From the NCBI GenBank assembly GCA_015680685.1, contig MNCI01000459.1, positions 1 to 64,000 on the forward strand: 64,000 bases of DNA, read 5' to 3'. The notes under the pieces were generated by a model. The model made no database searches. It was not told where the DNA came from and saw only the letters and a list, made by a program, of their open reading frames with translations. This DNA comes from Gnetum montanum (Eukaryota > Plantae > Gnetophyta). The translations under genes and the position numbers were made by a program. Positions 12,861-25,396 of the stretch are shown in pieces (positions within the stretch are counted from its first letter, which is position 1; the number at the start of each line of letters is the position of its first letter).

Positions 12861-13504
12861 ACAAAAATTCTGCGTGGCAATGTGAGTACCATGGCCAATC
12901 TGCTGCTGCTTTTGCTTTGGTAGTTCTATGCCGTGATTGCTTGTATAATGCAGCATGCATCCACATCCACACCAATGAATACAGTACAGTACAGTATTTG
13001 ATTATGATTCAATCATAATCATAGGTTCAATTCAATCCAGCCCATTCTACTACCGCTACCAGGTCCAGGTGCAGGTCCCGTATTTGTGGTATGCTTTACA
13101 AAGCTTTTGGTACATTACACACCGGTCAACATCGCTGATTTTCCTAATGAAACGATGTTTCCTGTATCGTGTAATATATATATTTAAACAAAATATTAAA
13201 AATTGAGAAGAAAATTCAACAAGTTTTTTGAAAACATATCGTAATGAGGTATAGCTCTATGGTAAGATGGTAAGAGTGATACGTGAGTTGTAACCCCAGG
13301 TCATAAGCAATTGTAACTCGCATTTGAAATAGTTACAAGTCATTATATAAAACCATGCACAAGTATCTATGATAGGTATGCATCAATAATAATAAGTTCT
13401 ACTTCAACCTAGGTCATAAACAAGTATCTACATGGTGTGTTCTTTAGTTTTTGTACTAGTAATTATATGTTTATCATTAGCATTAACTTGAATTTTCATA
13501 ATTA

Positions 13505-13850
13505 TTGGCTTGAAAATTAGTAGAAGTGAGACCAAATATATGGAATGCAATTTCAATAATGCCATAAATAATGGTCAAATAGAAGTGCCAAAAAGTCCAT
13601 TAGTGCAAACTACCTACTATCAATGCTCCAATTAGATGGTAAAATTGATCAAGATATAAGAAATAGGATTGAGGTAGGTTGGTCAAAATGGAGATAGGCT
13701 AGTGATGTTCTATGTGATAAAAGAATCCCAGTAAAACCAAAGGAAAAATTTTATAGGATAGCAATCAAGCCTACTATCTTATATAGTGATGAATTTTAGG
13801 TAGTACAAAAGAAGCATGAACAACAAATTGAAATTGAAACTGAAATTTTA
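13505..13850 (+). mobile_element. RTE-clade LINE RT fragment, decayed
   Basis: Translates to GLKISRSETKYMEC...DGKIDQDIRNRIEVGWSKWR*ASDVLCDKRIPVKPKEKFYRIAIKPTILY, typical of plant RTE elements. Confidence 0.8.
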
Positions 13851-16357
13851 TTAAGTTTGTAGACCCTCTAGATCTAATGGACACAAGTCAACCAAATGGA
13901 CATCATTGTTCTTGGTAACATTTAGAACAAGTCAACCAAATTTGCAATTGTAATATCTCATGTATGTCTAACATGCTCTAATGTATGACAATGTCAGAAA
14001 ATATGATAGTCATCTTCAATGTTATTTGTATTGTATAATCAACATATTCATTCTTCACAAGGAATTTTAAGCCATCTACCGATTTTAACTCTTAGATGAT
14101 GAGATCCCATTCATGTTATGCTAATTCTGCATTATAAATGATGAGGAATAGTCGACACCATTTTCTTGGGATAATTCTAAGATGACGACGACGATGAAAT
14201 GATGAGGAATAGTAGCAAATAAATAGTTTGCATTTGAATTAAGGCCTTCTCTATAATATTTAAAGATAAATGTTTTTTCTTCCTTCTACATTTTTTTAAA
14301 GTTTTTGAAATATTGCTTGTTTTACCAATTCACAAACTTGGTTAGGATTAAAATAAATAATATACTTTTGACAATTCCATTTATTAAGCCATAAAACTTT
14401 GTTATAAAGCCATTCTTTATCATGGGTTTTCATCATCAACTTTTTAAAGTATTTATCTAATGAAGATGTAGAAAGATTATGAGTGTAGGTTATTAACTAA
14501 TAAATAACTTCAACCTCTAATGGCATCATTTTTGCTTCAAGAAGCATAATATTGTATTATGTCCATTGATGAGAAACAAGCAATCCCTATGCCTAACCAT
14601 ATAGATCACAAACATTATCATGATTCATAGATGGATCTAGCGTAGCTTCTAGATAGTTGAGACTTGATCATAGGTTGTTGTCTTCCCACTACAAGGAGAT
14701 ATAGTTCTAAGGCATATGGTTTAGCCCAAAGTAAGGCACATGACAATTTTATGCACGATCCCTTAGTAGTTCCTATGATTCCTTATTTTAGAAGGCTACT
14801 AGTCTTTGGTCTCACCAAGGCATAGATACCTTGAAATAATTTCAATTGATAGATATAGAGTTTGTAGCTTAACACAGATTTTACTCTTTTTCTGGCTAAA
14901 TATCTTATTCTTTATTAGCTAAATTGGTAAGACAATTTGATTAGGCTAATAGCAAAGTGATAGCTACTAATGAGGAAATGATGAATTAAATGCTAGTATG
15001 TAAAAAACCAAATAAACTGTTAATATTTATAAAATAGGATTTAAAGGATTAACTCTCTTAGCCTCCAAAATGTAAGATACTAGATAGCTTCGTTTCATCC
15101 AAATAATACTTATTTGCTTGTACATTAAAAAAGAATCCAAATAAATCTAATTATAGTTTTTTCAAACATGACATTGTAAGAAAATTAATAAGCACAACTA
15201 TGCCTTTGAAGATAAATATAAAAAGAAATGACTTGAGCTTATATCTTTCATAATGTAAAAATGAGCTTAAACCAATGAAGAGTGAATAATAAGATTGATC
15301 TATTTAGTCTTAGGAAAAAGCAACAACAAGGTAACCCTCTTACAGAGAAAAAGGATATTATAAATTTATTGGACCATGCTAAGGATGAAAGAATGAGCTA
15401 AGCTAAGTAATCATAAGAAAAAGGTTTAACAAAATGACTTCCAGGTTTTAAAATGACAAAGCTAAACAAATTGATTAGAAAGTCATTATCTTGCAAAAAA
15501 CCTTTTAGTTTTCTTGAATCCAATTTTTCTCTTGGAATTAGCCCTCTTCTTCCCCCACCATTTTTTTCAAAATACAATTGAGCTATATATAACTAATGAT
15601 TTGATAGAGTCTAGTTAACAAATGTTCTTTTAATAATGAAATTGTACTCATTAATAGTTTTAAGTAAATATTTTGTTGGATGAGCCTTTCTTGATACATG
15701 ATTTTCCATGCTTATTGATCTAATTGCTTTGATAGGTGCCTATAACTAAAAAGAAGCTATAAAGCTTGTACCTACTTTTTAGGTTATACATTCATTAACA
15801 TAGAGCTCACCTTCCTTGAATCCAATTCTTCTACACCTGCATTAGTTGCAATTAAGATGACTTCATTTAATGATTCTCCATAAGTTTAATTCATTATTCT
15901 AATGATTCATGCTATTTATGATATCTTCCTCTTGTCTTGACTATAATGTACATCATGCCATGAAGATGCTCTCCTAAATGTGATGCTAGTGTCTTCCTTA
16001 AATTTGTAGCTTTTTCTACTAACTTTTGAGCTTTACCTACTACCTCTTCATAAATAGCTCATTTTGTCTTAAATAGGTTTTTTCTTGAGGCTAAAGCAAC
16101 CACCTTTTCTTTATTGCTCTATAGCTTATTAATGAAAGCCTTGACTTTGCATAATGTTGAATTAATGCATGGATTCACCTTTGCCTCTTCAAGCTCATGT
16201 TTTAGCTTGATAGTTTCTTCATTATATTTCTAGGCTTCAATTATATGATTATTTTATGAATTGTGAAAATTATAGACAAATTGAGCTAATGAGACATACT
16301 ATGAACTTTGGAAGAGAATCATAGAAAAGTGTCTCATACCAAAATCAAGAGTATTAG

Positions 16358-18973
16358 TGATGAGCGACGAGGTACCCCTACACCCAACCACACGAATTAC
16401 AAGCGTTCATGCATGATCTGATCAAATTTCAATGACTTCATTGTTTCTAGTGCACTAGCCCTTTAGGAAGTGAATCTGGCCTTAAAGTTAATTTGTTTCC
16501 TCCCAATTACACTTGTGACATTTGTTGGTATGGTTAAGTGTAACCCAGGCATCCGATTTTTATCATTTTGATTTTATATTGTGGGTGCTCGAAATGTAGA
16601 TAAAAAGGATTTTAATTAACTAATATTAATGACTAATTAACTAATCATTTAACTAATCCTAACATAAGCATCCATTTCCACTTTCTGTACATGTCCTGAA
16701 CCCACGTGTCCACTAGTAGGTGACCAAATGCTACACTACTAGGCCTACCAAGCAATAACATTGCTGGGATTACCAAGTGAATANNNNNNNNNNNNNNNNN
16801 NNNNNNNNNNNNNNNNNNNNNNNNNNNNNNNNNNNNNNNNNNNNNNNNNNNNNNNNNNNNNNNNNNNNNNNNNNNNNNNNNNNNNNNNNNNNNNNNNNNN
16901 NNNNNNNNNNNNNNNNNNNNNNNNNNNNNNNNNNNNNNNNNNNNNNNNNNNNNNNNNNNNNNNNNNNNNNNNNNNNNNNNNNNNNNNNNNNNNNNNNNNN
17001 NNNNNNNNNNNNNNNNNNNNNNNNNNNNNNNNNNNNNNNNNNNNNNNNNNNNNNNNNNNNNNNNNNNNNNNNNNNNNNNNNNNNNNNNNNNNNNNNNNNN
17101 NNNNNNNNNNNNNNNNNNNNNNNNNNNNNNNNNNNNNNNNNNNNNNNNNGTTCTTTTACAAAATTGGGAAGGCATGGGATTATTAATTGACTTTTCTTTC
17201 AACAAAACAAACTTGACTAAATCATCAAAAAATGGGGTGCATTGGTGTATAGATTAACACATTACAAAAATGGTGGTCTTTAGGACACAAAATTGAACAC
17301 CATGATACAACTCATCAAAAATTGGACAACACATTTCTTGATGATGTGAAGCTTGTTGGAGAGGATCAAACGGTCCCAGGAAATGATGGTTCGTAAGGCT
17401 TCAAGGAACCTTCATCGACTTCACGCACTGGCGATGGTTGAGGCTGTGGTTGTCCTGCTACTGCTGCAACTTCAGGTGGAAGGTGGAAAGCATCCAACAG
17501 TGCTTTCATTTTCTCCTCCTTACACTTGGGATCATGTATCTTCCACACAACTTTTCCAATGTGGGCTAGAATGGGCACCTCCCAAGGACACAGGATCACT
17601 AAAAACAACTCCTTGACATTGAAAAACTAAGTAACAAATTATTTGCGTTCAATGTCGAATGCTCCCACTATGTTCTTCAGCTCTTAGTAGTCATTCATCC
17701 ATTTGGATAAGTCCTTGAAGATGGAGCGTGGATCTATTTATCACCCTTTGAGGACTTCGAGTTCAGCATTAGCAATCTCAAACTTTTGCTTAGTGTCCTT
17801 GTGGTGTTTGAACTCAGCCTTGTATAGTAGATACAAGCTAGCCACTTGCTTCTTGAATTTTTACCGTGGCCGATACACAGATGGATCTGTCCCACTTGTT
17901 CTTTCTTGCTACTCTTGTTCACTCAAGATCTACTCTTAGATTTTTCGTAGATGCTTAAGGACTATGTGTGCCTTTGTTGTTGTCTCCTAAGTGGGTGGTT
18001 GTGGTGACAACTCCTCTTCTTGGATGGCTACTGGTGTTTTATCCTTCATGATTTCTGCCCATGAGGCCAAGGGAGTATGCCTAAGAGTGTCAATGGGATA
18101 GCGAAAAATACCTACACTCTTAGAAAGTTTTCTTATAACGCATGGAAAGGGTAGGGTCCTCCTTCCACATTCATTTTTCTTGAAACACTTCTCAATCTTT
18201 GAATGAATTAGCTATGAAAGGTTAGGAAATTTCTTGCTCAAAGCAGTGCATGCATGAGAGGAGAAGGCAGTCACCTTACTTGGCCTCACTGTTGGATTGT
18301 GGTGATAGTCTACAATCTTGCAATAAATTTGCTCTATTAGTGTGAGTGCACCATACTCCTTATGGTCCACCACGTAACATCACTGGGCCCACTACCTTTT
18401 TGCCTCAAGGTTTTCTTTTGTTGATATTTCGGCCAACTGTGTTCTGATGTTGGGTAACCCTAGTGCCTATGCAATGACCTCCACCAAGTAGGACACTTGA
18501 ACATCCTTGATTTTTATAATGAACCTTGGCCTTCACCTATTCAGAAGAGATAGGTATCTCCCATGTACCACTCTCCACTGGTCATTATGATTGGCCACAT
18601 GGGAGAGGTTTGCAATTATGTTCTAACATCCTCTGGAGCTTTCTCCAAAAATATCCCAATGTTTATTTCTTGAAGAACTGATCTTTGGATCTCTTGGGAC
18701 TGAACGATGTCTAAGTAGGCTTAAGTTAGAGTGACCTCAAGCCTAGGCATAGGTCCAGGTACTTTTCCTCATTGAGATTATTCTGTGGGCACTTCGTCTT
18801 ATGGAATTTGTCAAATAGATTCCACTTTGGGCTCCTCACGAAGAGGTCCCCTTGCATGGATCACCTCTTATTGTTCTTGGCTTTGTTCTTCCTAGCCCCT
18901 TCTAGCTATGGATTGTTTCTTCCATGGTTGTGAGGGTTCTCCTTCTTGTGGGAACTTTTGTTTGGGTGGCATT
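16358..18973 (-). mobile_element. Athila-1 remnant, copy C (ORF2 plus 3' LTR spanning the N-gap)
   Basis: Reverse complement of 3297-5962. The LTR terminus reads TGATGAG on the plus strand at 16358 and resembles the LTR end at 53019. Confidence 0.7.
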
Positions 18974-21900
18974 TCAAATCACAATAGAACCATGGATTAG
19001 CAATCAGTATGTAACCTTAAAAAAATTGGGATACCTTTACTCTTGAGGGTGGTTACACTTGGGTAAGTTCTAATTATGAATGATTTAAGTAACTTAATCA
19101 TTATTTCTATTAATGCCTTATCATTGATAAATCATCCCAAAGGTTGTTGGAAGGGTTAACTTGGAAAAAGTTGATGTTTATGTATGATTAAAGTTACTAA
19201 CCCTTAGGGGAGTTGGAAAAAAACTTTCAAAAATTGCATCAGAAACATTAAGGTTTGTGGCCCCCATAATAAAGATCCTACCTTTGGTGCAACAGGGCAT
19301 GGTATTACATAACTTTTCTAAAATCTTGCTCCTTGGCAAAAAGATCATTTAACATCCAAGTAATGACCCTTTCCTTGTTTGCAAATCATAGTAATATGAA
19401 ATTTAATTTTAGTTTCCAACGTTCTTTCCCTTGTAATATAGACAAAAATCAAAAACAAGAATTAAGCTTTAGTATTCCAAATTGATGAGCACCATGAAGC
19501 CCATCTATTGGATTGAGAGAAGATTTTCACACATGATTTATGTACAAAATATTGCACTTATAAATACAAGATAAAGGAGATTTGACCTGCCAGTTTGATC
19601 TTGAAAGAATAACATATCATTCCATGAGCCTATCTAGAAAACTACTATAATTTTCACAAGTAAAATTTTATGTATCCAAGTAGTTGAAATTTGAGTTGAA
19701 CAATCGAGACTAGAGAATGAGTAGTGTCATACAGAGTCTACAACAATTTCTTTGCTGTGATAGTATAAACTATACATACGGACTTAAGTTGAATCATAGA
19801 GTTTTGAAGCCCACTCAAAATTACCTTGAGAAGTGAACATCTTTTAAAGTTATTGACTGAAAGGATCAGCCAAAACTAAAAAAGCAAAAGAAAGATAGAT
19901 GCCTAGAAGCAAAAAAATGCAATACCTTGACCCTTTGATTTACCATAAGATGAAAATGCCTATCGGTTGGGTAACTAGCAAAAAAGGTATATCCTAAGAA
20001 ATGCATTACTATAGAGCTATGAGTATTCCGAATTGGGTATGGTTCTATGGGAAATATGTTAATTGCCACCGACTTCAAGAACATGTTAATAGGAAAATTA
20101 GGATAATAGATATCAAAAAATCCTATCAACTACAAATCATGTTTCATTTCCCAAAATTCCTAAATGCAATAAAATCACTTGATTCTCAATTTCTCATTCC
20201 AAAAAGCAAAGTATGTAAATTGAAAAATACAATCTCTCCATCTTTTCAGCCAAACTATAATTCCCAATGGTTTTCAATCCACTAATTACCATATCAAAAT
20301 TTTGAGTCTTTGGAACTAGTTTCAGTTTTATCATTTCAACTAACAAATCTACCGCATTTAAAATCCTACCCCCACAATAGGACAACCTTATGAGCATGGT
20401 GTAAATAGGTCAATTAAGGGGATGACCTTTAACCTTCATGTGATTGAACAGATTGTAAGCCTTAGAAAATTGGCCCCTCTTGCAGAAAGCCTTTAGCAAG
20501 GGAGCATAAAGGCTTGGATAGGGTCTCACCCCTTCTTGCATTGCACTCTGTACAAGCCTAAACACATCATCTATTTTTCTAGATTTTGAGGCACCCTTTA
20601 TCAATATTTGATAGTGTTGGCGACCATTTGGGATGCGACCGCCAACGAGTGTCCTCGAACAAGATTTACATGCTTGCTGGTCTCTGGCAACACCAAGGCC
20701 TAGAGACCTCCAAATAGACTCAGTAGTTAACATGAGTATGTGTGTGTGTTGTTGCGGTGTGCAGTTGTGAAATATGAAACGATTGCATTGTGTGTAAACT
20801 ACAAATGACTTATCTTAAAGAGATTCAGCCAACTTTGCTATGTACTGTGAGTTGTTGAGAGTTCCTATTTTGTTTAATTGCCTAGTCTATGTGGTCCTTA
20901 TAATACCTACTTTTCACAAATAAAATTTTGTAAAAACATTTAAGCACAACTTTGCGAATCTACTTCTAATTTTCCATAGAGAAAGAGATAGTTCCAGAAG
21001 AAAACTAGAAATAGAGCAAGATTCGATGAAAATAGACAAAAAAGAAAGCAAATTTGTGTGGACCTCAAATATTTAAATAAGGTAAAATGACACGAGTAAA
21101 CACTTCACAATAAAGCTATCCCAAATTCAATATCTATGAATTGTTCAAACTTCCAAGGCTCAAATAAGCAATTTCTTCAGGACAATCCTATTATGCTACC
21201 AAAAAATTGCTGCGTAAACTACCACATACAAGACTCCATTTTGGCTAGATAATGGATGTCAACAATTACATTCAACAAAACCTTCAAAAGACTTGACAAT
21301 TTCTGATTGAAATACCACAGAGATTCACTTTAAAGATAAAAATAAGCTTTCTGGTCCCATCAAAATACCAAAGATTTTCTAAACCCTCTTGACCATTAAA
21401 TCGTTCAACAGCATGACTACAAGTAGAGGCTCTCTTACAAAAATCCCAATAGTAGTTCTTATACATTGCACAATGAAAAAATTTACTACTAAAACGCTCT
21501 TAAGGCTTTAAACACAAGTGCTTCTATGGCAAAAATTTTAATAGAAATTTTCTATTATGCAACAAGGAACAATAAGAGCAATCTAAAGATCCCAAAATTA
21601 CTTGCCAAGGATGATACTATCTAAACCACTAGCTAAACAATTTAAACAAAATAAAAAACAATAAGCATAACTCACAGGACTATGACAAAGAGGCTGAAAT
21701 CTTTTCTTTAGCAAGCCATTTTACAAGCAATCTTTCACAATTTCTTCTTTACAATGCTCTTCTCAAGACCCTAAGTGTGTCTCCAAGTGAGAGCCCAAGT
21801 GTGATCCCAATGTCTTCTCAAAAGTGTGATTCTCCCTCCTTGACCCCTGAAGCCTTTTTATAGGGTTCAAAGGTAGGTAGGTAAGTTACAAAATATCTTG

Positions 21901-22287
21901 GGTGGTTACAACCACCATAGAGATAAAAAAGCTACAGTTGCCAAGTGTCTTCATTTAGTTGCCAAGTGTCTTCATTCAGTTGCCAAGTGGTCACCATGAA
22001 GACAAAAAAGTTGTAGTTGACAAGTGGCCTTTATAGTGGTTACAAACATCATGGGATTAAGGCTAGGAAGTTACAACTTCCACACAAAGTTACAATTATA
22101 GAAATAAAAGCTATAGTTGGAAATGTCCATAAATCCCCCTTTTTATTATAAAATAGCTATACATATAACTTTATATATAAATATTTAGGAAAGACATAAA
22201 GGTCAATTAATAGAATTTGATCATCTATCTTCCCTTGGCCATGCTACAGAATAATTTGGAGAGGGTTGTGCAGCCTCCTTTGCTAGA

Positions 22288-22640
22288 AATTAGATGAAAG
22301 TCCCTCTTCATTCCTACATATTTGGCATATTTCTGATAAACTGGAGCTTCATTCCCTCGAATAACTACATCACGAGCATCTATCTCTTATACGAACTCAT
22401 TTTTCAGAAGGTCTCATAACGTTTTGTTGTAGCATTTATCAGCTCCTAATTGTGCAATTATCTTTGCTGCGTAAGTCATCCAACCCTCAAGTTGAGCATC
22501 CAAATATTCCCTTGTTAATATTGTGGTGATGTTATGAAAATATTACTTTGCAATGGTCCACAACACATGCCTCAAGCCCCAAACCATTTCTTCTCATGCA
22601 TTTCTGTATTTGGTTCTGTAAAGAGTACATAGTCTTCACA
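22288..22640 (-). pseudogene. Captured GT29 sialyltransferase-like (SIA1/MGP2-like) fragment with internal deletions
   Basis: Manual translation gives QIQKCMRRNGLGLEACVVDHCK / ITTILTREYLDAQLEGWMTYAAKIIAQLGADKCYNKTL / DLLKNEFV*EIDARDVVIRGNEAPVYQKYAKYVGMKRDF. Confidence 0.8.
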
Positions 22641-23731
22641 TGTTTCTTTTTGATATCGTTTATCCTTAGAAATATTTGTGGAGGAGGCGCTTTGTCGTTT
22701 GGCCAGTTGCCAATTTTGCTCAATCAGCTTCTGCAATGTGCAGCCACGCCTCCACTGAAATCGTCATGCAAGTTGCATCTCCCAAAAATACTGTAGCAGT
22801 TGAAACTACTTCTGCACACGCTTTGCTGGTAGCTGCCACATCTTCTTCATCTGTGTTGCCACCATCTCTGTTTCTGGCAACGGCTCCACCGAAGTCGCAG
22901 GCATCAGAGTTGGCATTAGTTCTAACTGGATCCAGCTGGGAGAGGCCATGTGCTTTCTTGTCATTTACCTAGTGCCCTTCGTTTTTGCCACAGATGACTC
23001 CATTTTTTTAACCATAATTATTGCGGTGAACTCTATTCCACGAAGTAAGAAAACATTTATCTAAATTTAGTTTTGGATGCTGGTCATTTGGGTCTGCCTT
23101 GCACGTACTACAATGCAGTATAACCTTATGAACCCAAAATGGATTCCCTGGTAAGCATACAGGGTAACAGAGGGAGACGTATCCCGAGAAATCTTAGTAC
23201 ATATGGCGTAAGACTCACATATCGAGCGCAGAATGGGATCGGGTGATTGGCATCTTACCATAGTGCCTAATCAACCAATACAAATTATTATTGATTTTGA
23301 GAAACTTGTCATTTTCCATTGTTGGGATCATTTTTTTAAGAAAATGGCCAAAGAATTGCTAAGCTTTATGGCTGTTACCGATGCCATCAACCAAATTGTT
23401 GACTTGATGCCCAAATGTCAAAAAATTGAGTCGCAGTCTCAACCGTATTATCCAAAAATACAACTCGCACCCCATCCGTGAAAAGGACAGGGTAAAACTC
23501 TACGAAAAACATTCCCCACTTTGCATTGTAAATGTTGGGGTAACTCCCAAGGTCATTCCCCAGCTTTGGCCATTCTGTGTTCCTGCGTTGATGCAAATTT
23601 CATGTTACTATCCATTCCACGATAAAACAGGGACTATAGCATAGTTAACCTCGCTCAAGGCAGAGGGCGACTACTAAGGAGTGGGAATGAACGAAGTGAG
23701 TTACCTCGCGTAAGTGGTTGATGTGATGATG

Positions 23732-23896
23732 GCATTCATGGTGTGACCAACCTTCTAATGCATGCACTATTTCTCCAACTCTCCATGCACTCATCATGTT
23801 CTTCGGCAGCCACTCTTTGTAGTAGTGCAGATTTTCTAGGTGACTCGGTACTTTCATGGCAGGTGTTGTCTCGTAAAGGTAGACATCATGTTCTCG
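23732..23896 (-). pseudogene. Captured CER1-like (WAX2 C-terminal domain) fragment
   Basis: YETTPAMKVPSHLENLH...WLPKNMMSAWRVGEIVHALEGWSHHEC matches the CER1-family C-terminus (TTPAM...WLPRRVMSAWRIAGIVHALEGW..HEC). Confidence 0.8.
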
Positions 23897-24578
23897 TTTC
23901 AATGTTGTAATACCAATAGCTAGTTCAACATCTTCGGCTGAGAAATTCTCTATTTTGCAAACTACTATTGATATATTTCCATTGGTTTCATTAATTACAA
24001 AGTCAGTTACTCTTTTATTGGACAGAAAACGACACCCTTTTGTCTTCAGGAGATGAACCCAAGGTCTGAAAATTTTCTCATGAACTATTCCATGACACCA
24101 AAGAACATCAAAATCTTGTTGATGCCCAACAATGAAGTAGTAAAAAATTCCCAACGTTGCAGCTGCACTACATTGCTCCCCTGGAGCAAACATTCCAACA
24201 AGAAGCATTGGGTTCAAAGCATCCTTGTAAACCCTCTTAGAGTAACCAAACTGCTTGAATAATTCCCTTGCAGTTAACTTATCATACTTTTTCCAAGCAC
24301 GATCACTGTTATCAAAATTAATCACCTGATACATCAACATCCATCAACGAAAGTGAAGTCAAACGATCTTGTAAGGGTAGACATTTGAACTGTGGATAGA
24401 CAAAGGAGCCTAGAGGATTGGGCAAACAAGGAAGATGTTGAAATATTGCTGATTCAACCTCAAGTCCATTAGGTGAATACTGAGCCGAACAAGACCAATT
24501 AGTGAAAGGCTGTAAGCCTAGTTCTTGGGTGAGAGAAAATATATTATGGTATGGATACCAAAAACCATGAATCCCAAC
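23897..24578 (-). pseudogene. Captured FAD-dependent oxidoreductase (amine-oxidase/PDS-ZDS-like family) fragment
   Basis: GIHGFWYPYHNIF...SAQYSPNGLEVES...TARELFKQFG...GMFAPGEQCSAAATLG...HQQDFDVLWC. One small frameshifting duplication near 24340. Confidence 0.8.
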
Positions 24579-25396
24579 CTATTCCATGAAATGGCCAAAA
24601 TGTGCCAACAGATAGGTGTTACTGTCAGGATACAAATCTTTTCTAGCAGCCTTGGAAAGAAGATCTAACAAAAGATCAACCTTACCAGCATCAAGAAGGG
24701 CTTGCAAGAAAGAGTTAAATGTTCCCATGCATGGCAATAAGCCTTCCTTCTTCATTCTTCTGACAAAGTCTTTGGCTGTGTCAAGATTTCCTACAAAAGT
24801 GTGAGATTTTGTATCAGTTAGTTTTTCAGGTATCATATCCCATGCATAGAAGAGAACGACAACACTAAAATAAAGAAGATAAAACATTTAGAATAAAAAA
24901 TAAGAATAAAATAGATAACCTGAATTCTTGCTAGCATGAAATACATGGGCTATGTTACTAAGGGTACCTAGAAAAAGTGTGAAGATTTGAAATTTTTTTC
25001 ATAAGAAATTTATTGATTATTAATATCTAGCTTAAACCCTCATGTAATAAATTAAGAATTCTTAGCTAATCAAACTATTATTAAACAGAAATAATCCAAA
25101 ACATAAGATGACCATAATATACTATTATTTGTAACTTGACCACCAAACCTAAAACTTCCAAATAAAACAAATTCTATTTACTATTAAAAACTAACCACAT
25201 TAAAGGACTTCACACATGCATTGAGTTATATACCATGTGTCATTTACAAGGTAATTCCAGTGAGCCTAGGTTTTGACTTGCACATTTATCCTATGTATTT
25301 TATGAAATCTGGTGTCATACAATCAAGTTTGACTTGCACAACCCTACTAGTGTTTGAATAATTGCTTAACATCCATCGAAATTCAGCCTTGGCAAT

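Larger units (their letters stand above)
20615..24610 (-). mobile_element. 3996-bp insertion with captured gene fragments (solo-LTR-like or Pack-type element)
   Basis: GATAG TSD at 20610-20614 and 24611-24615. Termini TGTTGGC...GCCAACA. Removing it restores PPR exon 3. Minus-strand TATAAAAA at 21855-21862 is preceded by 21-bp repeats. Confidence 0.9.

Noticed and set aside
13243-13310. tRNA-derived SINE head (also ~9345-9420 and ~61815-61890)
   Set aside because: Only an A-box-like string is visible; no convincing B box, cloverleaf or TSD.
16645-17205. ORFs spanning N-runs (also near 915-1435, 9070-9321, 46854-47311 and 51676-52312)
   Set aside because: Artefacts of assembly gaps.
23897-24578. 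Horizontal transfer from cyanobacteria
   Set aside because: This oxidoreductase family also has nuclear plant members, and the fragment is AT-rich and sits beside plant-gene cargo. Host capture is simpler; no phylogeny was run.
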